Source: an uncultured Bacteroidales bacterium (GTDB lineage: Bacteria; Bacteroidota; Bacteroidia; Bacteroidales; Dysgonomonadaceae). From it: 48,569 nucleotides of DNA. The position numbers and the translations under genes were made by a program. The notes beneath the pieces were generated by a model. The model was not told where the DNA came from and ran no database searches. It was given only the letters and a program-made list of their open reading frames with translations. The DNA lies in assembly GCA_964293155.1 (NCBI GenBank), contig CAXYYA010000028.1, forward strand, positions 1-48,569, in the 5' to 3' direction. Shown in pieces: positions 37,294 through 46,523 of the stretch (position 1 is the first letter of the stretch; the number at the start of each line of letters is the position of its first letter).

Positions 37294-37579
37294 AATCGTC
37301 GAAATTATAATAGCCTAAATTCTCGATCTGACTGTCGTTTATGTTCATCGTAAACTCGTGAGAAACGCTTTTCTGGTAACTGTTACCGATGCTTACGCCT
37401 AAAAATGCAACGGCAGCAAGGCTGGCAGCCACAACCACAGTTTGCCAAACGGGCGTTCTGCGACGCTCCGGTTGTTGCCTTTTTTCGATTTCGGCCATCA
37501 CCCGCGTACTCAGGAACGGATTATGTTCCGTTTGCTTTTCGCGTTTGATGAAATCGTCTATGTACTGTTCCGTTTTCAT
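37286..37579 (-). CDS. Small single-TM anti-sigma factor (putative)
   Basis: 97 aa with an N-terminal cytoplasmic helix, one TM (VVVAASLAAVAFLGVSIG) and a short periplasmic tail. It lies immediately downstream of the ECF sigma gene. Confidence 0.5.
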   Translation of the reverse strand: MKTEQYIDDFIKREKQTEHNPFLSTRVMAEIEKRQQPERRRTPVWQTVVVAASLAAVAFLGVSIGNSYQKSVSHEFTMNINDSQIENLGYYNFDDYE

Positions 37580-37615
37580 TTTTTGTTCGTTTTATAGGTT
37601 AGACATTTGTATTGA

Positions 37616-38161
37616 TTATTTCCTACGGTCATATTCTAATTTTTTTTGCAGAGTGCTTTTTGCACGTTGTAAAAGTTGTTCCACAGCGCCTTCCGATTTT
37701 TTCATGACGGCGGCAATTTCTTTCTGCGGTAATTCTTCGTATTTACTCAGGATGAAAGCTGTTCGTTGCGAATCGGGCAGGGAATTGATGGCGTTTTTTA
37801 TCCGCTTGTCCCGTTCCGATTGTTCCAATCGTTCCAACGGCGTCTTTTCCTCACTCTGTTTGTGAAAGATGTTTTCCAACGATTCCACCACGCGGTTCTT
37901 CTTTTTTCGATTCACAAAATTGATACTCGCGTTTACGGTAATCCGGTACAGCCATGTAACAAATTGGGCTTCGCCCTTGAAATCGGGCAACGATTGATAT
38001 ATTTTAATGAAAACTTCCTGCGTGATATCTTCCGCATCTGCTTTGGAGTGCACAAAACCCAACGTCGTTCGGAACACCATACCCTGGTATTTCTCCATAA
38101 GTTCTTTAAAGACAATGGTGTTACCTGAAATTATTTCTTGTATGAGTTGCTCGTCCGACAT
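37616..38161 (-). CDS. ECF-type RNA polymerase sigma-70 factor (copy 1)
   Basis: 181 aa with region 2 (DAEDITQEVFIKIY...FVTWLYRITVN) and region 4 (LPDSQRTAFILSKYEELPQKEIAAVMKKSEGAVEQLLQRA). Confidence 0.85.
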   Translation of the reverse strand: MSDEQLIQEIISGNTIVFKELMEKYQGMVFRTTLGFVHSKADAEDITQEVFIKIYQSLPDFKGEAQFVTWLYRITVNASINFVNRKKKNRVVESLENIFHKQSEEKTPLERLEQSERDKRIKNAINSLPDSQRTAFILSKYEELPQKEIAAVMKKSEGAVEQLLQRAKSTLQKKLEYDRRK

Positions 38162-38392
38162 GTGCAGCAGTTCTTTTTCGTTTGTTTAGACAACGAAGAC
38201 CGGTTTTTCCTACGGTTGGTGATAATTTAACATTGCAATTTCGTTAAAAAATTTGGAACTAAAAAAAGTTTTTTTATTTTTGCAAAAGATAATGTTCTAT
38301 CGAACAACCGATATCATGATGTGTTAGTTTCTCTTTCGACTGCCGTCTCAGGCAGGTATTTTTTTAGCGCTACTGATTTAAACCAACCAGCT

Positions 38393-39664
38393 ATGAAAAC
38401 GAATTTTTTTATTTTTGGCATAATATCCCTTATGCTTGTATCCTGTTATCAGGAATATCCTGCACATTTTAGGCAGTATATTGATGTGAATGCTTCCATT
38501 GATGGGCTGAAAACCCGCGCCACAAATGCCTCATGGGAAGCGAATGATGCCATCGGAATTTATATGAAAATCAGTGGAGAGGGTTTGTCTGTACCAGCTT
38601 TGGCTGAAAATTCGAAATATATTACCGACGGAACGTCCGCTTTTCAGTCTGCTACGGCCGATGGAGCTATCAGCTTTCCGCTCGACGGCACTGATGTGGA
38701 TTTCATCGCGTATTATCCACATCAAACAACAATCACGGACTTAACGTATCCGGTAAATGTTTCCGATCAAAGCAGCCTGCCGGCTATTGACTTGTTGTAT
38801 TCAAACAATGCCGCGGGGCTAAATTCTCAAAATCCGGATGTTGGGCTGACTTTCGTTCACCAATTATCGAAGATAAACGTGCTAATTATGCCCGAAGATG
38901 CAACGTCTGATTTAAGCGGTTTAACCGTAACGATGACCGGTGTGGGAACCTCCGCAACATTTTCATTAGCCGACGGAACGCTTTCGGCGCCCGCTATCAC
39001 GGGTAATGTCGCATTCAATATGAGTTCCGACGGACGCACTGCTCAGGCTATTCTATTGCCGATGGCCGATTTCACGGGTAAATCGCTTATTATCGCTTTT
39101 GGATCCAATTCTTACGAATTCCCGTTGACTCAAGGGGTAAATATCACTTCTTTCGAAAAAGCAACGCAATACACGTATAACGTTACGCTTTCATCGCAAG
39201 CACTGTCGGTTTCCAACGCAACCATCACCGATTGGGTTACCGGCCCGTCGGAAAATGTGATCATCGGAAGCGTCGGAACGGCGCCTGTAACCGGCGGAAC
39301 ACTCGATGATCCGTTTACTATTGAGGAGGCAATTGCCAATCAGGGGTTGATGGATAGATGGGTAAGAGGGTTTATTGTGGGTTACTATAAAACGACTTCC
39401 TATAAATCATTTACCACAAGTGTAGATGATGTGACGAGCACCACCAACATTGCTTTAGCAACAGTTAGCACAGAGACCGATTCAACCAAAACGTTTCCTG
39501 TACAATTGTCTGCTACCCAAATCAGAGATACACTCAATCTGCTGGATCATCCTGAAAATTTGGGCAGAGAAGTTCTGGTACGAGGAGATTTGGCAACTTA
39601 TCAATACATTGCCGGAATGAAGGCGGCTGATGGAGCAGTAATTAACGGAGATACCATTCCCTAA
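38393..39664 (+). CDS. Fimbrillin-family (Bacteroidales FimA/Mfa-type pilin-like) lipoprotein with an extra C-terminal ~130-aa domain
   Basis: The lipoprotein signal MKTNFFIFGIISLMLVSC starts at the ATG at 38393; the track ORF starts upstream at 38321. The body is beta-rich. The C-terminal segment (DPFTIEEAIANQG...WVRGFIVGYY...VLVRGDLATYQ) looks like a separate small beta domain. Confidence 0.5.
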   Translation: MKTNFFIFGIISLMLVSCYQEYPAHFRQYIDVNASIDGLKTRATNASWEANDAIGIYMKISGEGLSVPALAENSKYITDGTSAFQSATADGAISFPLDGTDVDFIAYYPHQTTITDLTYPVNVSDQSSLPAIDLLYSNNAAGLNSQNPDVGLTFVHQLSKINVLIMPEDATSDLSGLTVTMTGVGTSATFSLADGTLSAPAITGNVAFNMSSDGRTAQAILLPMADFTGKSLIIAFGSNSYEFPLTQGVNITSFEKATQYTYNVTLSSQALSVSNATITDWVTGPSENVIIGSVGTAPVTGGTLDDPFTIEEAIANQGLMDRWVRGFIVGYYKTTSYKSFTTSVDDVTSTTNIALATVSTETDSTKTFPVQLSATQIRDTLNLLDHPENLGREVLVRGDLATYQYIAGMKAADGAVINGDTIP

Positions 39665-40782
39665 TTTACGTGATACCCCTGGCTATGCATTTCCGATGCA
39701 CGAAAGAGGGTGTATTTTTCCTCGTTTAGCGGATAATCCCAGCAACCGAGGCTGTGATAGATTTCGCCGCCGAAACCCGATTTGAATTTATACAACCCGT
39801 ACATCGGGTGTTCGGGATCGGGCGTGGGCGATATGCCGAACATATCATACTGGGTGCAGCCTGCGGCTTTCGATAGCCGGATGGCTTCCCACTGCAACGC
39901 GTATGCAGCCATCAGGTTCCGGTTTTCCGACGAAGAGGCGCCATACAAATACGAACCCCTGTTTCCCGAAATTACCAGAAACATGGCTGCGAGCGGTTTT
40001 TGGTTATATTCCGCAATCAAAAGACGCACACGCGCCGGTGAACGTGTATTATCGGCTTTTGCCGAAAGCACGGCTTCAAAGTATTTTATATCGTTTAGCA
40101 GGATACCGTTTCGTGCCGCCGTCTCTTTGTAGAGTTCATACCACGTGGAAATTTCCTCCATCCCTGCCGATTTTACGGTTGCGCCGCGACGTTGTGCCAG
40201 ACGGATGTTGTAGCGGGTTTTCGGTTTCATGCGTTGCAGGATGCTTTCTTCGTCTTGTCTTAGGTTCAGATAAACGGTACTTGCCGGAAGTATGTTGGAA
40301 AGCGCTTTTTTGAAATTCCAGTTTTCCGTATTGAAATTGAACCGGAATTCTTGTGTGCGTAATTCCGGTTCGCCTTTCCATAAGCCGTTTTCATCAAAAT
40401 TATCGGCTTCTTTTGTCCAGTATGATTCCCAACAAAGATCATAGCGAATGAGGATGCAGTTATTCGGTAAATACGGGCGAATGCTTTCCGATAATTCTTC
40501 CAGAAAAAGGCTTTGAAATTCATCGGATGGTTCCAGTTCAGGGCCGTAAGGCACATACGCCACAGAATGATTCCTGTCGATTTGTTGCAGGACGATCAGC
40601 AGGTCTGAAACCAGCAATTTATCGCTCCTGGAATGAAAAATATCCGACTCCCTCGATTTAAACCCGACAGCAAGCGTTTCGGCGCCCAGCTTGTTCTTTA
40701 CTTCCGACCAAAATGCCGTCTGTTGCAGAATGGGCGTTTTGTTCAGTTCGTCCGTGTCTTTTTTCCGAATATCTAACAGCAT
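39661..40782 (-). CDS. FemAB-family (GNAT-fold) aminoacyltransferase-like protein
   Basis: 373 aa. The C-terminal YDMFGI...LYKFKSGFGGEI resembles the FemAB YDFGG/KxxFG motif. Confidence 0.55.
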   Translation of the reverse strand: MLLDIRKKDTDELNKTPILQQTAFWSEVKNKLGAETLAVGFKSRESDIFHSRSDKLLVSDLLIVLQQIDRNHSVAYVPYGPELEPSDEFQSLFLEELSESIRPYLPNNCILIRYDLCWESYWTKEADNFDENGLWKGEPELRTQEFRFNFNTENWNFKKALSNILPASTVYLNLRQDEESILQRMKPKTRYNIRLAQRRGATVKSAGMEEISTWYELYKETAARNGILLNDIKYFEAVLSAKADNTRSPARVRLLIAEYNQKPLAAMFLVISGNRGSYLYGASSSENRNLMAAYALQWEAIRLSKAAGCTQYDMFGISPTPDPEHPMYGLYKFKSGFGGEIYHSLGCWDYPLNEEKYTLFRASEMHSQGYHVN

Positions 40783-40847
40783 GATTATTTTTATTTTACG
40801 GGTGCAAAGGTAGGCATTATTTCCATGTAAACAAAACGGCGCAAACC

Positions 40848-40871
40848 CGAAAATTTGCGCCGAAAGCTTTT
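40848..40871 (-). terminator. Terminator hairpin after the TonB-dependent receptor gene
   Basis: ggcgcaaa-cccgaaaa-tttgcgcc, a perfect 8-bp stem. The minus-strand RNA is followed by guuuuguuu. Confidence 0.5.
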
Positions 40872-40872
40872 C

Positions 40873-43191
40873 CTATATTGTGAATTTTAACCCGGTAAAG
40901 AACGTGCGCGGTAAAGACGGGCCGTACATGTAGCCGGCGTCGCGAAGCGCTCCCTGATCAAAATCCTGCTGAAAGCTATTGAAAAGGTTCTGTATACCTG
41001 CGTTAAGTTGCACAAAAGTGCTAGTCGTTAAGCGAAAATCTTTTGCTACTTTAACAGTAAGGTCGAAAAAATCCGGTGTTCGCACCGCGACATCTTCCGG
41101 CACATACCCGGCAAAGTGTTGTACCCACATAGGTCCTGTATATACGCCTGAAACTGAAATGTTGAACGTTTCAACCGGTAATATATTGGCAGTAAGGTAG
41201 CCATAAACATCTGGTGTGCGAAACATATTTCGTTTCGGTACCACATCGGGATTGTTGCTCCACGATTCAGCTTCGTCATACAAACTCTCTTGAACTGTTG
41301 CGCCCAACTGAAGTTGAAATTTACGGCTTGGAGCTATTTTTCCTTCCATGTTTAGGCCTTTAACCACTGCCCCTGATCCGTTTCTCCTTTCCTGTAATAA
41401 ATTTCCTTGCTCATCTCTTCCGATCTCTTCCAGCAGAAACACGTCTTTCAGGTGCGTATAAAACCCTTCGATCAGCAGGTTGGCTTGCACAACGCCGAAT
41501 GTTCTGTAGATATCGGCCGATATACTGAAAGTTTGTGACCGCTCGGGTTTGAGATCAGGAGAGAGCTGAATGATGCATACCTCTCCGCCTACGGCGGTAA
41601 TGTGCAAGTCTTCATCGAAAGCCTGCGGAGCCCGAAAACCAGTGGAATATCCGCCGCGAAACACGATAAACGGGTTAGGAGTATAACGCACGTTTATCCT
41701 CGGACTAAAAATAGCATCCTGTATCAGGTTGTGCTTATCTAAGCGGGCGCCTAGTAAGATACTCCATTGCTCGTTTTTCCATTCGTTCTGGGCAAAAACA
41801 CTCTGTATATTCACCGATTGATCCAGAATGCGGTTATATCCGAGCATTTGGTCGTGCATTACGTTATAATTCATTTCCAATCCAGCGGTGATTATTGAAG
41901 GCATAAACAGAAAACGATCCGCACTGTAGTTGTATTGCATGCCGCCCATCATGCTTTTATCGTTTGTTGTTCCGTAAGCATTCGGGTCTTTCTGCGCGCC
42001 GTAGTAACTTTGTCTGTCTATAAATTGCCCTGAGAGATACAGGTTTACCTTGTGTTTGTAATCGCGCGACAACACGTTATAGTTTATGTTTGCGGAGTGA
42101 ATGTTATGTTCCGCTTGTTCGGTGATATCGGTTTCGTGTGGTGGTTTATGGAGCAGATTACCGCCACGACGGAATTCGTTGATAAAATGATATTCGGCTT
42201 TGAGTTTATGATAGTTGTTGAAATTATAAAACCCGCGAAGCCCGATATTGCTGCTATTCAATTTGCCAATTTCGGTAAATCCGTCGCCGTCGTAATCCAG
42301 CGCAGCGCGCTGGCGTGAGGAGCCGAAGATCATCATGCCCGTTTTTAAATTGCCGTTTACCAGTGAGGTGTGAAAGGAGAGGTTGTTGTCCGGTGATTTT
42401 CCGTTGATAATATTTGTAACATTGTTAATAGATAATGAGTTGGCTTTGGGCTCTTTTGTTATGATATTTATAGTCCCCGCTATAGCGTTAGAGCCGAACA
42501 AAGCCGATCCGCCGCCGCGTACAACTTCAACACGCTCAATCATATTGGCGGGAATCTGCTCGATGCCGTACACGCCGGCCAATGCGCTAAAGATAGGACG
42601 GCTGTCAATAAGGATTTGTGAATATGGACCGTCTAGTCCGTTGATGCGAACCTGCTGAAATCCGCAATTCTGACAGTTGCTTTCTACACGTAATCCCGGC
42701 TGAAAGTTCAATCCCTGCGCCAGCGTTACGGAATTGGTGTTTTCCATAAGCAACGGAGTGATAACGTTTACTATCGTGGGCGCTTCTCTGCGTTTAGTTT
42801 CTGTGCGGTTGGCAGATACAACTACCGTTTCAAGTATTATCTCGTCGTCATCTACTTCGAAATTTACTTCAATGGTTTCACTCTCCTGTAAAGTAACAGA
42901 TTTTTCTACCGGCTTATATCCTATACCGGAGACCATTAGCGTGAAATTTCCTTCGGGCAGGTTTTTTAGGTAATAATGTCCCGATGCGTCGGTTGAAGTG
43001 CCGAAGTGGGTTCCTTTTAAAGATACAGTTACAAAGGGAATATGTTCCTTTGTGGATTTATTGAGCACGTGTCCAATAATATTGGCATCGCTACTTCTTT
43101 GTCGATTACGATGCTGATGTCTGTTTTGTTGTGGAAATACAGCGGTTGTTATGCTGAACAAGATGCACAGCACTATAATAATTTTTTTCAT
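40873..43191 (-). CDS. TonB-dependent outer-membrane receptor with an N-terminal carboxypeptidase-regulatory-like domain
   Basis: 772 aa with a signal peptide. The mature N-terminus is His/Arg-rich (QQNRHQHRNRQRS). It has a CarbopepD_reg-like domain (VTVSLKGT...SGHYYL), a plug (ETVVVSANRTE...) and a 22-strand barrel. Confidence 0.85.
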   Translation of the reverse strand: MKKIIIVLCILFSITTAVFPQQNRHQHRNRQRSSDANIIGHVLNKSTKEHIPFVTVSLKGTHFGTSTDASGHYYLKNLPEGNFTLMVSGIGYKPVEKSVTLQESETIEVNFEVDDDEIILETVVVSANRTETKRREAPTIVNVITPLLMENTNSVTLAQGLNFQPGLRVESNCQNCGFQQVRINGLDGPYSQILIDSRPIFSALAGVYGIEQIPANMIERVEVVRGGGSALFGSNAIAGTINIITKEPKANSLSINNVTNIINGKSPDNNLSFHTSLVNGNLKTGMMIFGSSRQRAALDYDGDGFTEIGKLNSSNIGLRGFYNFNNYHKLKAEYHFINEFRRGGNLLHKPPHETDITEQAEHNIHSANINYNVLSRDYKHKVNLYLSGQFIDRQSYYGAQKDPNAYGTTNDKSMMGGMQYNYSADRFLFMPSIITAGLEMNYNVMHDQMLGYNRILDQSVNIQSVFAQNEWKNEQWSILLGARLDKHNLIQDAIFSPRINVRYTPNPFIVFRGGYSTGFRAPQAFDEDLHITAVGGEVCIIQLSPDLKPERSQTFSISADIYRTFGVVQANLLIEGFYTHLKDVFLLEEIGRDEQGNLLQERRNGSGAVVKGLNMEGKIAPSRKFQLQLGATVQESLYDEAESWSNNPDVVPKRNMFRTPDVYGYLTANILPVETFNISVSGVYTGPMWVQHFAGYVPEDVAVRTPDFFDLTVKVAKDFRLTTSTFVQLNAGIQNLFNSFQQDFDQGALRDAGYMYGPSLPRTFFTGLKFTI

Positions 43192-43364
43192 TTTTATTTG
43201 TTGTCAATTATACGATTAATGAGAGTGCATCAAAAGCAAGACTATCGCTTTAAATTGTTATAGCAACGTGAAAACCATATTCACTTCGCGAACGAGCAAA
43301 TAGTGATACGATAACAGTTTTTCACTTCTGGCAGTCTCTGTGAATTATGTGCGAAAAAATCCGC

Positions 43365-43739
43365 TTAAAAAGAATAAAACGTAGAATTGAAAGGTGGAGC
43401 GCGCAATCCGTTAGAGTGAATGAAAATGTTTTTTTGCGCGATATGTTGTGCTTTTGGGTATCGTGAAATGCAGATGTAACGGTTAAATGCATCAACGGAA
43501 ACATCGAAATGCAAGCCGAGAGAAAAGAAATGAGACAGAACATGAATAAGATTAAACGACGACGTGTTGTGTTGATGATCGGCTTTGTTTCCGTCGTGAA
43601 CCGGAAAATGCAGATGCGAGTGTATTACGCGTTCGCCGTTAACGGTATGAGTGTGAGTAAATAAAGAAATACTTCCGTAATAGCTTGCAAAAAGCATTAA
43701 CAGAAAATATCCCGATAGTATTCTAACCCTTTGTCTCAT
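43365..43739 (-). CDS. Hypothetical small His-rich membrane protein upstream of the TonB-dependent receptor
   Basis: 124 aa with an N-terminal hydrophobic helix, then HTHTVNGERVIHSHLHFPVHDGNKADHQH. The ATG start is confirmed. It is only an ORF-level call. Confidence 0.3.
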   Translation of the reverse strand: MRQRVRILSGYFLLMLFASYYGSISLFTHTHTVNGERVIHSHLHFPVHDGNKADHQHNTSSFNLIHVLSHFFSLGLHFDVSVDAFNRYICISRYPKAQHIAQKNIFIHSNGLRAPPFNSTFYSF

Positions 43740-43844
43740 TGCGATGGCAAAGATACGATTATTTAGAATAAGTTTAAATAGTATTGATAAAATTGATTAC
43801 AAACCGACCGTAATTGCGAGCGCCTATGCCGTAAAAAAACTCCT

Positions 43845-44831
43845 TTACAATTTCGATAAAACCTCTTCTGATAATTTAAGGGAAGGCTTTGACTTTTTTG
43901 CCGACACCGCAAGCACTTCGCACGCGAGGTGTTCTCCCGGCCTCATTTTCCGGAGATAAAGCCTCACGGTATCTATTTTTTTGCCATAGATACTTTCGGT
44001 TATCTCCAGCGAACACCGGTACTTGTCTTGCAGCAGGTAAGCTTTGCCGTTGTATTCATCGGCAATGACGGTTATATCTACAACCGTGTTTACGAGGGCG
44101 GCAAGTTGCTCCCGCTCTTCCTGCGACAGATCGGGTTCGGCTTCCTCACGTGGTTTGCGCCTGTTGAAACATCTTGGCGAGACATATTGCGTGCTGTCCG
44201 TGGTATTACGAATACCGTCAACGGCAACGGGAACGACTTCCGCGGCAGTTTCTCGAAATTCAAGGGTCTGTTTCTTTTCTGAAAACGCCAGAAAACGCAC
44301 TTGCCCGGCTTTCATGTTGGCAATGGTAGCTTTTCCTTTCAGGTTTTCCGCCGGAATAAAACCGTGCACTGATCCGCATTTCCATCCGAAATGAAGCCCC
44401 AGCTCTACGTGCACGCCTTTAGATGATGTTTGCAGGATGATCCCCTTGTATATGCTGCCCGGTTTCAGGTCGGGCACACAGGCTCTGTTCACCACTGCGT
44501 CCACAAGAACGAAATTCCGTTGCGGAAAGGCTTCATATACCGAGCCGAGGAAAGAGTGCATCACCAGATAGGGCGCAGCGTTGTGCCACCACTCCATATT
44601 GGGGTACGACCATGCCATGTGGCCATACGATACGAAACCGGAAATTTTTTCAACGCGTATGTTGAATCCTTTTTTGTTAAACGACCTTATCTCGAAAGGG
44701 AAAATTTCACCCGATGCTTCAGCCACGAGCATCCGGTTAAACTTGTCTTCTTCGGGCTCGTCTTTCTGTTTCCAGAAATCGTTGCGCTCTGACGGGCGAA
44801 ACCATCGCGCCAATATATCAATTATTTTCAT
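43845..44831 (-). CDS. Hypothetical protein
   Basis: 328-aa ORF with an ATG start and no recognisable motif. It lies in the same orientation as the two downstream genes. Confidence 0.45.
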   Translation of the reverse strand: MKIIDILARWFRPSERNDFWKQKDEPEEDKFNRMLVAEASGEIFPFEIRSFNKKGFNIRVEKISGFVSYGHMAWSYPNMEWWHNAAPYLVMHSFLGSVYEAFPQRNFVLVDAVVNRACVPDLKPGSIYKGIILQTSSKGVHVELGLHFGWKCGSVHGFIPAENLKGKATIANMKAGQVRFLAFSEKKQTLEFRETAAEVVPVAVDGIRNTTDSTQYVSPRCFNRRKPREEAEPDLSQEEREQLAALVNTVVDITVIADEYNGKAYLLQDKYRCSLEITESIYGKKIDTVRLYLRKMRPGEHLACEVLAVSAKKSKPSLKLSEEVLSKL

Positions 44832-44952
44832 TTGGGTTTATAACAGGTTTGCCGACCGATGCCGCGGTTTACGGCAAAGGGGAGGAACTAAAAACGGATG
44901 CGGATCGTAAAACCCGCACCCTTTAATAACAGAAAATTCCAATCTTCTTTCC

Positions 44953-45702
44953 TTAAGCGCCCGGCGGCAACGGAATATCGGGTTCGCTGCTTCCCTTACC
45001 GTCTTTTGCTTTGCGTATGGCCAGCATGTTTTTGTAATAGCTGATCAATTCATTTATCTTCCCAATGATGTTTTGGTACACTTCCGCATCGCCCACCAGC
45101 GAAAGGCCGTTTATGGCGGTTACAATTTTTTTGTAAGCTTCATCAACTGCTCCGCGGGTTTTGGAAACGTTGCCGCTACCGCGGGAGGCCTGCTCGTCGT
45201 TGCGCGAACCGAATCGGGTGATGAAATCGTCGTTGGCTTCTTTTAATTTGGTAACCAGCGTTGTTTGTTCGGTAACGGCAAGGTCACCGGCATAATTGGT
45301 TATAAGTTGATCTACGAGGCTGGTAAGGGCTTTACTTTCCTCCGGATAGGGGTCGCGGCTCACGTATCCCACCTGATCTACGATGCGCCGGATGTTATCG
45401 GCGGCGGCGCGCACATCGGGGTCAAACCAATTGATCTTGGCATTAAGATCGTTAATGAAAGCGCTGTAAATCTCGTCGCGATACTCATCGGCGGCAGCGA
45501 TGCCTGAGGTCAGGCGGCTGCCCGATTCCACGTTAATGGTGTTGATTTCGGTTTGTAGCGCTTTCACATAGGCAGGGTAGATTTTGATAATACCCAGTTT
45601 TTCGGCAGTTTCTTCCTCTATATATTTTTTCACCAAGTCGTGAAATTGTGCATGTTCTTTGTCACGGTAGCGTGAGAGGTCAAATCGTTGAATCTGTTCC
45701 AT
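44953..45702 (-). CDS. Hypothetical helical protein
   Basis: 249-aa ORF with an ATG start, predicted all-alpha. No catalytic motif recognised. Confidence 0.45.
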   Translation of the reverse strand: MEQIQRFDLSRYRDKEHAQFHDLVKKYIEEETAEKLGIIKIYPAYVKALQTEINTINVESGSRLTSGIAAADEYRDEIYSAFINDLNAKINWFDPDVRAAADNIRRIVDQVGYVSRDPYPEESKALTSLVDQLITNYAGDLAVTEQTTLVTKLKEANDDFITRFGSRNDEQASRGSGNVSKTRGAVDEAYKKIVTAINGLSLVGDAEVYQNIIGKINELISYYKNMLAIRKAKDGKGSSEPDIPLPPGA

Positions 45703-45779
45703 TGTATTCCAATTTAGTTAAAAATTTATTCAGCGGCAGCATTGCCGGTAACAATAAAGAGCATCAGCTCTTTCTTTAG

Positions 45780-46110
45780 TGCGATGCTGCGGGATGCTTT
45801 CGGGTTGCCCCGAAGAGGCGCCGCATGACCGCAGACTGCATTGTAACTTCCCGATATCGTGCCGCAATCGTGCGGCTGTCTTTCGTACATTCCCGATGGT
45901 TCCCCGCACGCGTGCGGGAACATTTCTGGGCGCCCCCAAAGTGGGCCGCCCGCCTGCGGGAAGGGTTCGTTAATTCCCCCAAACATGCTGCAAAGCTGTG
46001 GCTTAATTTCGGGGTTTTACGGATGCGGCCGCACTGTTTTTCTCCTTTCTTCTGCCGCATGCCCTACGTTAATCCGCGTTTGCAGCCCGGTTCCGGGCAT
46101 CTAAAGATCG
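45780..46110. repeat. GC-rich degenerate tandem array (~7 units of ~42 bp), each unit carrying a short cccgc-N-gcggg-type hairpin (BIME-like)
   Basis: Units begin ttccc[ga]...; the hairpins are gccgca-atc-gtgcggc, cccgcac-gc-gtgcggg, cccgc-ctg-cggg and cccgg-ttc-cggg. Local GC is >55% against a ~45% background. No long ORF is credible here. Confidence 0.4.
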
Positions 46111-46225
46111 CTTATGCGCAAATATATATGTTAAAAACGTCATTTGCAAGTAAATTAACAGATAATATTTTATGTTTTAGAGCAGGTTTTTTGGGAAAAA
46201 TGATAAGGTTAACCATCAATTTTTC

Positions 46226-46420
46226 ACATTATCCGCGAAGTGTTCTAACGGCTTTATCCATTGCCACGACTTTTAAGTCGTGGGATAATGATGTCTAAGA
46301 ATTACGGGCTTTAGCCCAATAATAGTATAAATTTCGGCTAAAGCCTATCTGCTCTGTATCTCAAAAACCACGCCCTAAAGGGACGTGGCAATTGATGTAG
46401 GACATTATACGGATAATCAT
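46226..46420. mobile_element. MITE-like element, family A, copy 3 (reverse orientation, left TIR slightly degenerate)
   Basis: ...cattatccgcgaagtgttctaacggctttatccattgccacg ... cgtggcaattgatgtaggacattatacggataatcat. The core is the reverse complement of 9690-9760, and it carries the uninterrupted ccctaaaggg site. Confidence 0.55.
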
Positions 46421-46523
46421 ATTAAATTATTATTCATGTCATTTCCTCTTTATGCCCAATTTTGGGTGGGGACGTGACAAGATGAAACTGTTCTTGCTCT
46501 TTTGATACTGCCTCTTTTATTGT

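Noticed and set aside
36129-38210. Recurring 8-mer cctacggt at 36133, 37625 and 38205 as a possible ECF promoter element
   Set aside because: Two of the three occurrences are inside coding sequence, encoding the same D-R-R tripeptide at gene 3' ends. Three hits in 48 kb on two strands is within chance expectation.
45780-46110. CRISPR array interpretation of the GC-rich repeat block
   Set aside because: The units are degenerate and not identical, no spacer/repeat periodicity of fixed length is present, and there are no cas genes nearby.
45825-46298. 157-aa + strand ORF across the GC-rich block
   Set aside because: It runs into the MITE copy, has an Arg/Pro/Cys-rich low-complexity translation typical of GC-rich non-coding DNA, and shows no motif.
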